Positions 40,045 to 51,462 of a DNA stretch of 64,000 nt are shown here, one piece after another (position 1 is the stretch's first letter; every line of letters starts with the position of its first letter). The stretch spans positions 3,596,001 to 3,660,000 of the forward strand of contig OZ024750.1 of the NCBI GenBank assembly GCA_964016885.1, in the 5' to 3' direction. The stretch comes from Eledone cirrhosa. Taxonomy: Eukaryota. Below the pieces are notes generated by a model. It saw only the letters and a program-made list of their open reading frames with translations. It did not search any database and was not told the DNA's origin. Made by a program: the position numbers and the translations under genes.

Positions 40045-40228
40045 ATCACAAAAGCGGATGTTTGATGACGTTTGTTCGTGTAATCTCGTGTAGCGGACGA
40101 TTTCTCGTCTAGTCTCACGAGATTATATCCTTTTAATTGTATTATTATTATTATTCATGTTGACAAAAGGAGGGGGCCAACTTTTTTCCAAGTAATTCCG
40201 TTTGTTTAAACAATTCAACCTGAATATA

Positions 40229-40735
40229 CGAGGGTCAGCTGAAAAGATCATAGGATGACTATAAACGAGTGATGCTAGAGCTGTGAAATCTTGCATGCAT
40301 TAATTTCAACTCTTTATATTAATAATGTTTAACTTACTAATTTTTATTCACAGTTGTATAAATAACATTACAAATTGCTAACAATTCTTTCAGAATAACA
40401 TTACAAATATGTCGTTGATAAACACATAATAAATACAATTAACCATTGCTAGGAACCTCCCCAAAACAACACCAAAATATATGACGAGCGAGAGAAATAA
40501 ATAAAAAAGGTGGGGAAATAAAAATGAAAACGGGGCCATCAATAAACCTCCAGTGCGACAATCGGCCGCACATCACATCATAAGGATCAACGATATACTT
40601 TGAGGCAAGCCAACACACTCGTAACATTACTATGGGTGATTGTTTCTTTCCAGGGACTATGTTGAAAAATAAACCTCATTTGGTCATACCATGAGAGTAT
40701 CTTGGTCAGCCTATGGACTTTTTAGCCGACCCTCG
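40229..40735. mobile_element. mariner-type MITE with internal foreign insert
   Basis: TA target duplication and about 30 bp TIRs (CGAGGGTCAGCTGAAAAGATCATAGGATGAC / GTCAGCCTATGGACTTTTTAGCCGACCCTCG). Insert-free relatives at about 12404-12606, 14470-14615 and 16258-16860. Confidence 0.8.
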
Positions 40736-41140
40736 TAATATATAATCTTATTTCATAAACACCAGTAGATAAAAACATTATTTTACCTTGTTTATTTTCC
40801 ATTTTTATTACATTTATATCAGATAAAAATGAATATATATAATCAATTAATTATTGCTAGGGACCTTATAGATATAATACACAAAATTATACGATCAAAG
40901 CGAAAAAGAACATTAATCCAAAGTTTCTTTTTTCTTATCCACCTGTTAATTATACCTATACATGTACCTTCGTATAAGACGTACAGTCAGCCACATGCGA
41001 GCCGAGTTCGTCATTCGGTTTCGATATCCTTGGCTTATAGTAATTAATATTTTATATATTTATCTATACTGGAGAAAGATATGGATATCACACAGTTTCA
41101 TTCCTCCTTGGCAGAGAAAAAATTATTGTATACAGTGTGT

Positions 41141-41467
41141 ACCAAGATACCCTCATGGAATGACCAAATGATCTTTATATTTCAGCATAGTCCCTGGAAA
41201 GAAACAATGACCAAGATACTCTCATGGAATGACCAAATGATCTTTATATTTCAGCATAGTCCCTGGAAAGAAACAATGACCAAGATACTCTCATGGAATG
41301 ACCAAATGATCTTTATATTTCAGCATAGTCCCTGGAAAGAAACAATGACCAAGATACTCTCATGGAATGACCAAATGATCTTTATATTTCAGCATAGTCC
41401 CTGGAAAGAAACAATGACCAAGATACTCTCATGGAATGACCAAATGATCTTTATATTTTAACATAGT
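41141..41467. repeat. 69 bp tandem repeat (about 4.7 copies) derived from the mariner-type MITE
   Basis: Unit accaagatactctcatggaatgaccaaatgatctttatatttcagcatagtccctggaaagaaacaatg matches the MITE interior. Confidence 0.92.
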
Positions 41468-42224
41468 AACTGCATTGTTTCTTTCCAGGGACTAATAAGA
41501 AGAGTTGAAATTAATGCATGCAAGATTTCACAGTGCTAGCTGTAAAAATACAATATGTTGAAATAACAATATTAAATTCTAGTAAATTAAAAAGATGGTG
41601 TAAAAAATCTAATTAATAAAAATAATTTAATTATTTGAAATTTCCATATTATATTCTATCTAGTAGATATTGTCACCTATGGTGACTTTGGAGAGCTTAT
41701 GATATATAACTCAAATTTATTAACTTCTGTTAATTCTTTTGGAGTAGCATCATACATCAAAAGCATGTATTATCTTTGATGAAGAGACCTTGGAATAAGT
41801 TTAACCCTACATTTTGTTTTGTATGGTTTAATCAAGAGATAGCCATGTCCTTGACCTTCGTATGCCCTTCAAGATTTGTGAGGTTGATATAGTTGATGCT
41901 CAGTTTGGAAATGTTTTAAGCTGACATCAGCAGTAAAAATATGAATGGAAGGAGATTTCCAGAGGATTGATGTATTGGAGAGAATTCACCATAGTGATTG
42001 ACACTGGGGTCAAGGTGGAATGGACAGGGTGGGTGGGTGGTAGAGATTGTAGGATAATATGCATTTAGCTTTTTGTCTGGATCAGCGGTTATTGTATTTA
42101 CTATAGAAAACAAAGAGGGAAGAGAGGGCATCTGTAAGGTAGAGGTTGAAAAAGGCTCTGAAGTTTCCCTCTAATAATTATTTAAGGAAGCCAACATACT
42201 TGCAGTATTGCTGCATTTGATAAC

Positions 42225-42710
42225 AAGGCTAAGACACTGGGATAAACAAGACTAAGGCACTGGGGTAACAAGGCTAAGTAGCTGGAGTAACCAAGAGTAA
42301 GGCATTGGGATAACCAAGACTAAGGCACTGGGATAACCATGGCTAAGGAGCTGGAGTAACCAAGTGTAAGACTGGGATAACCATGGGTAAAGCACTGGGA
42401 TAACCATGGCTAAGGCACTGGGATAACCATAGCTAAGGCACTAGGATAGCCATGGCTAAGGAGCTGGAGTAACCAAGTGTAAGACTGGGATAACCATGGC
42501 TAAGGCACTGGGATAACCATGGCTAAGGCACTGGGATAACCATAGCTAAGGCACTGGGATAGCCATGGCTAAGGAGCTGGAGTAACCAAGTGTAAGACTG
42601 GGATAACCATGGCTAAGGCACTGGGATAACCATAGCTAAGGCACTGGGATAGCCATGGCTAAGTAGCTAGAGTAACCAAGAGTAAGGCACTGGGATAACC
42701 ATGGGTAAGG
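42225..42710. repeat. 23 bp minisatellite with 113 bp higher-order period
   Basis: Monomer ggctaaggcactgggataaccat; the variant gagctggagtaaccaagtgtaaga recurs at 42348, 42461 and 42574. Confidence 0.9.
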
Positions 42711-43793
42711 CTCCTATCTCCAATCTCCCCCACAACAGGGAACACAGAACAGCCCATAAACCCTACGCACAAGTACCCTCAAAATGAACCCAAGTACTTA
42801 AAATGAAAAACCCCTGAGATAGTCGAGGAAGTACAATTTATTACCATAGCTAAATCAAACTTCACAGGCAGTACATTTTCAATTCTCTTCACACTCACAG
42901 AACCTTCAAGGCATGCTTTCCAACAGAAACAAAAACACAAAAAAACATCGAGGTAGATGTAACAACAATAGCCTCACTGTCACCACAACAATGTGAAACC
43001 AGTTGGACCTACAAATATTCAAGATCAGAAGTAGACAGCAAAAGAAATGCATCATGGCCAGGACTGCTACTGTGATAGATCTTTCGTTCAAGGGAAGCAA
43101 CTCTGTATGGTGTGAGTTTAAAAATGGACAGTCAGCTAAAACCTCTCTCTTTCTCTGCCCAACACTTTAACACATTACCTGTTATATTTACACTAGTGCA
43201 TCAGTGCCGACAATAGAGTCAAACATTTAATTTTGGGAGTCCATGATTGATATGTCATATATATCAGAATTACTGGATATATGAGCAATCATACAAAATG
43301 GGAATTAACATGTTGATCAATGTTGGTTTGCATAAGAGAAACCCTATAGTGTATGTTGATTACTGACATATGGAAGTGATTAAAGATAAGATAGTACTTT
43401 ATTTATATATATGATCACTTTTGAATTCAGTGTTTTTAGTAGCAGTAACCTCCTGGATAAAAGCACCCAGTAGATGCTGTAATGTGGTTGGCATTAGAAA
43501 GGACATCCAGCCATAGAAACTATACCAAAGACTGGAACATTTTCAAGAAGACGTCGTCCCCCTACCCATCTAGGAGCACAATCCATAACAGCCTGAGAAA
43601 AAGGCTGTAAAATGATGAACCAGCTGATAACATTAACCAGAACATATAACAATAGAATTCACTAATTATGATTATACCAGCTATTTGTTAATATTATCCA
43701 TAATAATTATAAGTGGCTTCCATTGTGTGACGAAAGTTGTATTTAATAAATTAGTAACATAGCGGCTTTAAGTTATTGTGGCTTAAATAATAT

Positions 43794-44076
43794 AACATTG
43801 AAATTATTGTGTACAGTGCTCAGGTGCACTACAACTCATCAAAGGTGCATGTATTGTACATAGAATTATGTACAAATGTCAGGAAAGTGAATAGTGTATG
43901 AGTCGCGATATACACACTGATATAGGCACATGCGTGCGTGTGTGTGGAGGTGGGATATTAGGTATAGTGTTGGCGAATTTCAGGAAGCATGGAGGTTTTA
44001 AAGGATGCAGTGTCCCGGTAGATAACAACTGATGTAGGTAGTTTGTTCCATGCTTCAGCCACTCTGAGCGGGAAAA
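43794..44076 (-). mobile_element. 3' end fragment of the same CR1-like LINE
   Basis: Colinear with 36460-36725 (gtgctcaggtgcactacaactc, ggatgcagtgtc). Confidence 0.85.
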
Positions 44077-44732
44077 AGATGTATATTTCATTTCCCATGT
44101 GATCAGGGCAAATCACACAAGGAACCACCACATCATCATCATCATCATAATTGTTTCTACTTTTGGCACAAGGTCAGCAATTAACCAGTGTATTACTGGT
44201 ACTTTATTTTAACGACCCCGTAAGGATGAAAGGCAAAGTTAACCTTGGCGGGATTTGAAATCAGAATGGCAAGGGCCGTAACTCTATGCGTCATAGCATG
44301 GCGTCCGACCCTCTACCGATACTGCCAATCCCCCATCATCATCATAATGAACACTGATACCCACTTACACACCCGCAATCTCTGGTCACACTGTACCAGG
44401 CATACCAATCTTCCTTCGTCTACCCTCTTCAGAACAGTGACCACACCACTGAGCGATCCACAAATAAGTAAGTACACACACAACAACCGAATTAACACCA
44501 CAACACCACTATCCATCCCAACAACAGACACGCTATAACCTAAATACGGAAACAACATCTGATGTACATGAGATGCGTCTAATCTCTCGGAGGCTGAGGT
44601 CACTAGAGCAACTAAAGTGTTCAAACGTGTCAAGGCCTCTGAGGAGGTTAAAATTCAGCCCGAGATGTTAATAGCTTTAAAAAGAGAAAGTATGCTCTAG
44701 CTGGCTCGTGTGTGCCAGGTAGCCTGAATATG

Positions 44733-44776
<44 letters not shown>

Positions 44777-44813
<37 letters not shown>

Positions 44814-44930
44814 GAAAACGAAAAATCAGTGATGCATCTGAACTCAATTTATTGTGTTATATATATATATATATATATATATAACACAATAAATTGAGTT
44901 CAGATGCATCACTGATTTTTCGTTTTCTAT

Positions 44931-44950
<20 letters not shown>
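44777..44950. repeat. Perfect inverted repeat centred on (TA)n, flanked by (GA)n/(TC)n
   Basis: atagaaaacgaaaaatcagtgatgcatctgaactcaatttattgtgt and its exact reverse complement. Confidence 0.9.
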
Positions 44951-45016
<66 letters not shown>

Positions 45017-45021
<5 letters not shown>

Positions 45022-45219
45022 TAAAATAACAGATTAAAGTTTAAGCAAAGAATCGCTGCTTTCACCCTTAACGGGATCTTCTGAAACTCAGAAGATTCCG
45101 TTAAACTTTAATGTTTTTTTAATAAATATTTGCTCTATATATAATATATATATTTCGATATATATATTATCCCTATCGAACCCTCTTCGGATTTTAGTCT
45201 TCACGCTTATTATTACTAT
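45017..45219. mobile_element. Fold-back element family C with hammerhead-like motif
   Basis: Minus strand reads AGTTT-CAGAAGA-TCCCGTTAAGGGT-GAAAGCAG...TTGCTT-AAACT. Has an inverted, partly deleted arm and a tail, with (TA)n flanks. Related copies at about 2668-2813 and 4258-4319. Confidence 0.55.
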
Positions 45220-45239
45220 ATATATATATATATATATAT

Positions 45240-45429
45240 AACGAAGGAAATGTGGTAAGGAACCAGGTGGACCATAACGCACCAAAGTACTCAATACTTA
45301 GGGTAGTAGAGTGGGTAATAGGAACGAGTAGGACCCCGACGGCTGAGCTCAAGCCGTTTCGACGGCTAATTCTGGACCAAAATTAGCCGTCGAAACGGCT
45401 TGAGCTCAGCCGTCGGGGTCCTACTCGTT

Positions 45430-45431
<2 letters not shown>
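45240..45431 (-). mobile_element. Fold-back element family A, copy 4
   Basis: Same tail and hairpin, (TA)n flanks. Confidence 0.7.
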
Positions 45432-45494
<63 letters not shown>

Positions 45495-47179
45495 GCCACC
45501 TATATATATATAAACACAGCCACCGTACTTGCTATTAACTAAAATGTATCCTCTCTGAACTACGAGTTGCATTACCATTACTGCAATCTAGCAGATTTAT
45601 TGAGTAGACGAGTTAATATCAACGATCTTCGTAAAACATCGCACCAACTAAAGGGAAGTAACTGTAGCTTTACATTTCGGATTTTGGAAAATCAAATCGT
45701 AACTGAATGGACTTTGTTTAGAATATTTTGATTATTGTATTTTTATTATATAAATATATTGTTGTTGATTTTTTTTACAATAAAAGGTATGTGTTGTAAT
45801 TTCACGTATGTGATATTTTCTATGAAAAATATTTTTCAAATGCTGTTATGACAAGCACGGTAGAAGACTACAACATTTAACAGCATAACCATTTTTGTTG
45901 TCGTTGTTGTTGCTATTTAGTCAGGGAGGGAATGACAGTACTCATGACTTTTTTCGAAGCCACTGTGGTTGGTGGAAAGGAAGGAGGTATCCTCAAACTG
46001 GGGACCTGGTTCGAATGCCTGCAACAGAATGCAATAAAAACAGCCGGAGTCAGGTGTTGGGATTAAACTAGACGATGAGTTAAGTTTACTACCCAAGTAG
46101 AAATTTGAACTCAGAATGCAATGAGCCGGAACAAATACTGCAAGTCATCTCGTCCAGCCTTCTAACAATTTCGCGAAGCCACCGTTCTAGATTGGTACTT
46201 TATTTTATAGATCCTGGAAGATAATGAATTTATCCAATGTAAATCAAATGACAATGGTCTTGAAAGTTTAGATAATTTGCGTGATTCGATTTAAAAGAGA
46301 AAATAAAAGACAAAAATATAGTAAAGAACGGACGACGGGAGATAGTAAAATTAACAATAATATACTTATTTAGTAAATGGTGAGAAAATACTTGATTGAA
46401 ACCGATAAAATATATCGCTTATATTCATTTTATCAACTCTGGAAAGATGAAAAGCAAATTCTGTCTAATATTTAAATGCTTGCATATGAAGCATCAAATT
46501 AGTTATGATTAAATAAATATATCTTGGGCGATTCTCTCGCATTTATGTAACTCCACCCACCCCAAGAAGGGACATAATAAGATCGAAAGCGAAAGAGAAA
46601 TAAAGTGTTTCGTTGTTGTTCTTTTTAATATCACAAATTGATGACATATTAACCATTATTGTTTTCTGTTTTAAGCATAAAACAATGACGTTTTAAACAT
46701 GATTTGTTTCAATGAAAGAACTCGTTGCATTGTATCCAGAGGAAATAACTATTAAAAAGCAGTCTAATATCTACTATGGTAGGGAGTTGCTGAATTTATT
46801 GTTGTTGTTACTACTGCTGCTCCTGCTGTAATAATAGACATCTCGGCAATAATACCACTTGATTTGGAGTTATACGAAGCAGCAAAGAGTCTGGGCAGCT
46901 TTATATCTTTTTATGAACATCCATGAAACGATCAAGCAGAAATATCGGTTTTATTAATTCTGATTACAAAATTTAAAGGACCCCCCAAAAAAAAGAAAAG
47001 AAAAAGACGATAATAATTGGCCATAATATACTAAGTTAAATATGTTTCATGTTAAGTTACTGCAGCAGAAAACACCCGAATGACTTTGAAACATTCTCAA
47101 ATTGCAGGTAGAAAACAAAATACAGCAATCGATTCATAAATACATTGATAGATATTATTGTTATAGATTGATATCTTAA

Positions 47180-48017
47180 ATTTGTCTATAAATTTACCAT
47201 CAAGATATTACGTTGATTGTTTCCCTTCATCCTCATCACTAACAGCCTCACTCCACCCGGTGCAAGCCATTTTAAGTTGTCAGCTTTTTTCTCTCTCTCT
47301 CTTTCTCTCCTTACTTTCGCCAAGTTGCCATCGCTGGAATTATAAATACGTGCAGTTGGTAGTTGTTTTACTTTCTTTCTTTGTTTCTTTGTTATTGTTT
47401 AAATTTCCTGTCAACTGTGTCGCCGCAGCGCACTCACCTCTCGGCAATTAACAATTAATCACTGACTTTGACAAATCACCGACTTCTTCCTAGTTAACTT
47501 TAGCTTCTTATTTTGTGTTCATGAGTCATAGCTGCACACTTCGGCAGCCATTTTCGACTATAAACATGCTTTAAAACAGGAATATATAAATATATAAATA
47601 AAATCAAAAGAAATAAGGAAGAGAAAAAAAAACTCCAGCTGCACAAGAAAAATAAATAACATCAGTTTTCCCCCCTCCTCCAACGCGATCTTCGACTTTT
47701 TAATCGATCACTTTGCTAGTAAATAAGACAACTCACACAGGTAACAAGTGTGATTCAAGGTGGAGATTTGTAAGACAAACAACACGTGCCCTTTAGGAGT
47801 TGCAACTATTTTGTCTGGCGCCGATATCGGAAAACGGAAGCAGTCTAGCTTTTTCGCTCAGCTGTTCTGGATCTTCTATTGTTAATATATATTTCACATC
47901 AGCTTTTGTTAGGTCGTCCTAGACAGATTGCTGAATGGCTTGTTAAACTTATTAAACGAAGGAAACCTTTTCTGAATTCAGTGTTTTAAAAATAAGGGTT
48001 CTGAAAAGAAAAGAATA
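47180..48017 (+). promoter_or_regulatory. Probable promoter/5'UTR of the Ro60 gene
   Basis: Repeat-free, CpG-enriched stretch directly upstream of the ATG. Contains GCCATTTT (YY1-like) motifs near 47266 and 47547 and a possible donor cag|gtaaca at 47741. Confidence 0.45.
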
Positions 48018-48525
48018 ATGAGTATAGAAGCGGATGACCTGTGGAAACTCAATCGTTTCCTGTCTATTGGCACTGAAGGGCCTTTATATGAATTTGGAGA
48101 ACAAATCCTCAAAAAAGAAAATGCTCCAACCATTTCAAAACTGATTGAAGATGGTAAAGGTAAAGAAGTTGTTAAAGAAGTGCTTTCCTACAGCAAAGAA
48201 GGTAAATCAATTCGGAAAACCCCATTGCTTTTTTGTCTGGCACTCTGTACACGAAGTTCTGATAAAATAGCAAAACGAGATGCCTACACGGCTTTAGCTG
48301 AGGTTTGTACTTTACCAACTGACTTATTCACATTCATAGCCTTTTCTCAAACTTTAAACAACCCTTCTAAAGGATGGGGCAAACTTCAGAGAAAGACCAT
48401 CAGTTCCTGGTACAATTCCAAGGACCCCAAGCAGCTAGCTGAGAATGCAACACGTTATAAATCTAAAGCCGGTTGGACGCATAAGGATGTTTTGCGTTTA
48501 ACCCACACAAAGGCTTCTAATGATG
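48018..48525 (+). CDS. RO60: 60 kDa SS-A/Ro ribonucleoprotein (TROVE domain), first coding exon
   Basis: LNRFLSIGTEG, LIEDGKGKEVVKE, PLLFCLALC, PTDLFTFI, WGKLQRKTISSWY and GWTHKDVLRLTH are colinear with Ro60. The exon ends at G|gtaagt (phase 1). No further exon was recognised before the end of the window. Confidence 0.93.
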
Positions 48526-51217
48526 GTAAGTTGAGAACCTTATTATTATCATGGTTAATTGCAGCATTTAACTTAATTTATTTACCTAAACAAAAACACA
48601 ATAATGATAATAAATGACACATCTAATGCCAAGTTTCTCTATCGTTGTCATAATTGCTTTTATATCGTGATTACATTCCGAATGTCAACAAGAGTCCCAA
48701 ACAGAATATAGTTTCAGCTTTTCAGAATTGTCAAATGGATCAATATCTATCTTTATCTAATATTTAACTATCTACATTTTATTTGAATATGAATATTCGA
48801 ATATCTGTGTATAGTTCATTGTACTTTTGTTTTACTTATTGCCCGCAGTTATTTTCAATTTAAAAGTCTACAGTATTTATATATAGAGAGAGATTAATAC
48901 GACATTCCTGATATGCTGGAAGTAATTAGAATATAAGTACTCTCGGGTCTCGAATAATCGTCCTACCCCTCGCTCTTGTTCCACCATCACCACCCTTATT
49001 AAAATGTTAATCTATCTCCGGCGAAATGCTATTTTAAGTGGTAGCATTCCTGCAACAATTAATTTTCTTTATGCGTTAAAAAACATTATATGTCTTAAGT
49101 ATATATTTTAAGTATGGTCATTTGGTACTCGGTAAGGGTAATTTAGACTCATACCAGGATAGAGACGATCCTCTTTTGGGTATCTAGCAAAACTTGGTTG
49201 GGTCGGGCTCGCAATATGTAAACTAAATGACTAATTCTAGTTTTTTTTTAAAATCAACGGAGACAAACTATAAAAATTACCGATTCCCCTCCCCGTTTAT
49301 TCCAAACCCTACCCCTATTATTTGGAACCCGAGGGTATAATAATTGCTTGGTTTGATTTAAAAACCTCTTGGCAATAAATGATGTTTAAGTACCAAATAT
49401 AAAAGTTACAAATGCAGAAAAATAAACACGGACAAAAACCTAGTATAGCAACAACAGAATCTTTCAGGTGTTTCCAATATATGTTGACATTGATTTAGAG
49501 TGGTCGCTAAACTATTATTAGTAGCTTAGTAATATATATCTTTGTTGCGTGTAATTTATTCTGGAATACTAGATGAATTGCTCGAGTTATTGCGATAGAA
49601 AGTACTTCAGATTCCTGAATCTGAGAGAATATTTTCTGCGAGATGTTATAAAGAAAACAAATGATGAATGAATGTTTAGATGACATTTCCCTGTGGTTCA
49701 CCCTTATTTGGACGAACGTATATTTAGTAGGTTTCTAAATGAATGTATTAGTATGCAAGTTTTACCTAGAGAAATACACGTGTTATTTAAGATTATATAC
49801 TTCGATAACTCCACACGTATATATATTGTCATTTACATCGGATTTGGGCTGATAACTAACACAGAAGCCAGAAAAACTAGCTACTATCGTGTAATCATAG
49901 TAATCTGTTGGTAATCCATTAGTTGTGTACTGGTGTTGCTTACAAGATTACTTTTACTCACAGCCTATGTCGATTTTTTTTTATCATTTCTATTTTAGTG
50001 CACTTATGTAGCACAAAACACCGGCAAATGAATGATTTCAATGTTGTAAACTTTCTGTTAACATCTGTAAATAAATGTAACCGTTTAAGTGAAATTTCCT
50101 TTATTAATTTTAAATATTGGGAACCTAGCGAACACATTAGGTTTATAAATGTTTAGTTAAACGAATTTGCAACCCGATTTTTTTTCTTTTTTTAAAAACT
50201 AATACACACTTTTATTTCTAATAATACAAGTTTAAACTTTGTCAAAACATGTTGCACACACACACTACACACATCTATTTTGTCTAGAAATAAAATCAAC
50301 TAGAAAACACCACAGCGTGGCCTTTACTTGAAATTCTGAAGGTTGGTCCATTAGTAAAATCTGATACTTATGTGGTTTATATATCAGAAAGAAGGCCGTT
50401 TCTCTTGCAGTAGAAATATAGAATTGTTCGGGTGTTTGCTACAGTTGTTTATTAATTCCTAGCCCCTTGGTTAAAAATCTTACTTACAGCCTATTACGAA
50501 AACAAACTTGCAAAAGATTCTAGACGGGCGATGAAGTATCTCGTCCACTTAATGTTATGTGAACTTGGTAAACTTCTGGTTACCGACTTTGAAAAAATGG
50601 TTCGAAAGCAGAATAAAAAAAATTGTTTTTCTTATTTTTTTACTTTGGGGAGGAGAGATATTGCCTTTGTTTTCTTTTTCGGCCTCTTACCACGGGGAAC
50701 TAGGTATAATTATTGCTGTCTCAAAGATGGGAGGATGTACAAGAAAGACAAGTGCTTCCAATGAGTATAATGCGAGTAGTATAGTTAGTTGTCCTGTCCA
50801 AGCCAAAAACTGTGTCAGTATTTGAAGGGTGGTAGTGCATGTTTATATCATTATTATGTATAAATACCAATATGTATTAATGCATCCCAAAATAAGTTTA
50901 AACACTTACATTTTCAATACTTTATTTTTTTATAAATTTTCAAGACTATTTTAGTTACTCTACGTAAAAACGTTTTCGAAATTACTAAAATTAACAATTA
51001 ATATAAAATAAAAGTCAAAGAAAACTGGTTGTAGTCTGAGTCGGAATAGTGAAGTTTGTGAGTTTGGATAAGTTCGTGTTTGGCGAGAAGTAGAATCTAA
51101 CGCTTCAAGACTTAACCCTGTGTTCAAGGGAAAACAAAATGTTCAATTTTATTATATATTTCAGGAACGTTTTCCTTTTAAATCCTAACACTTGCATTTA
51201 TTTATGAAATATATATG

Positions 51218-51400
51218 TGTCGGGTTCATTTGGGGGTAACCACAGTAAGTAAAGTACTCAATACATTAGTAGAGTATATAGAAATGGCTTCTACAGGACT
51301 ACAACTGTTTCATTTGAAGGAAATCACCAGGAAAACTTTCTTAATGATTTCCTTCAAATGAAACAGTTCTAGTCCTGTAGAAGCCATTTCTGTATTAAAT

Positions 51401-51462
<62 letters not shown>

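Noticed and set aside
44630-44690. CTGAGGA-ggtt...agcc-cGAGA hammerhead-like remnant
   Set aside because: GAAA is mutated and stems I and III are not convincing; too degenerate to call.
50341-50460. Y RNA candidate near Ro60 (GGTTGGTCC start)
   Set aside because: Lacks GGUCCGA and has no downstream complementary UUGACC/UUGACU stem with a terminator.
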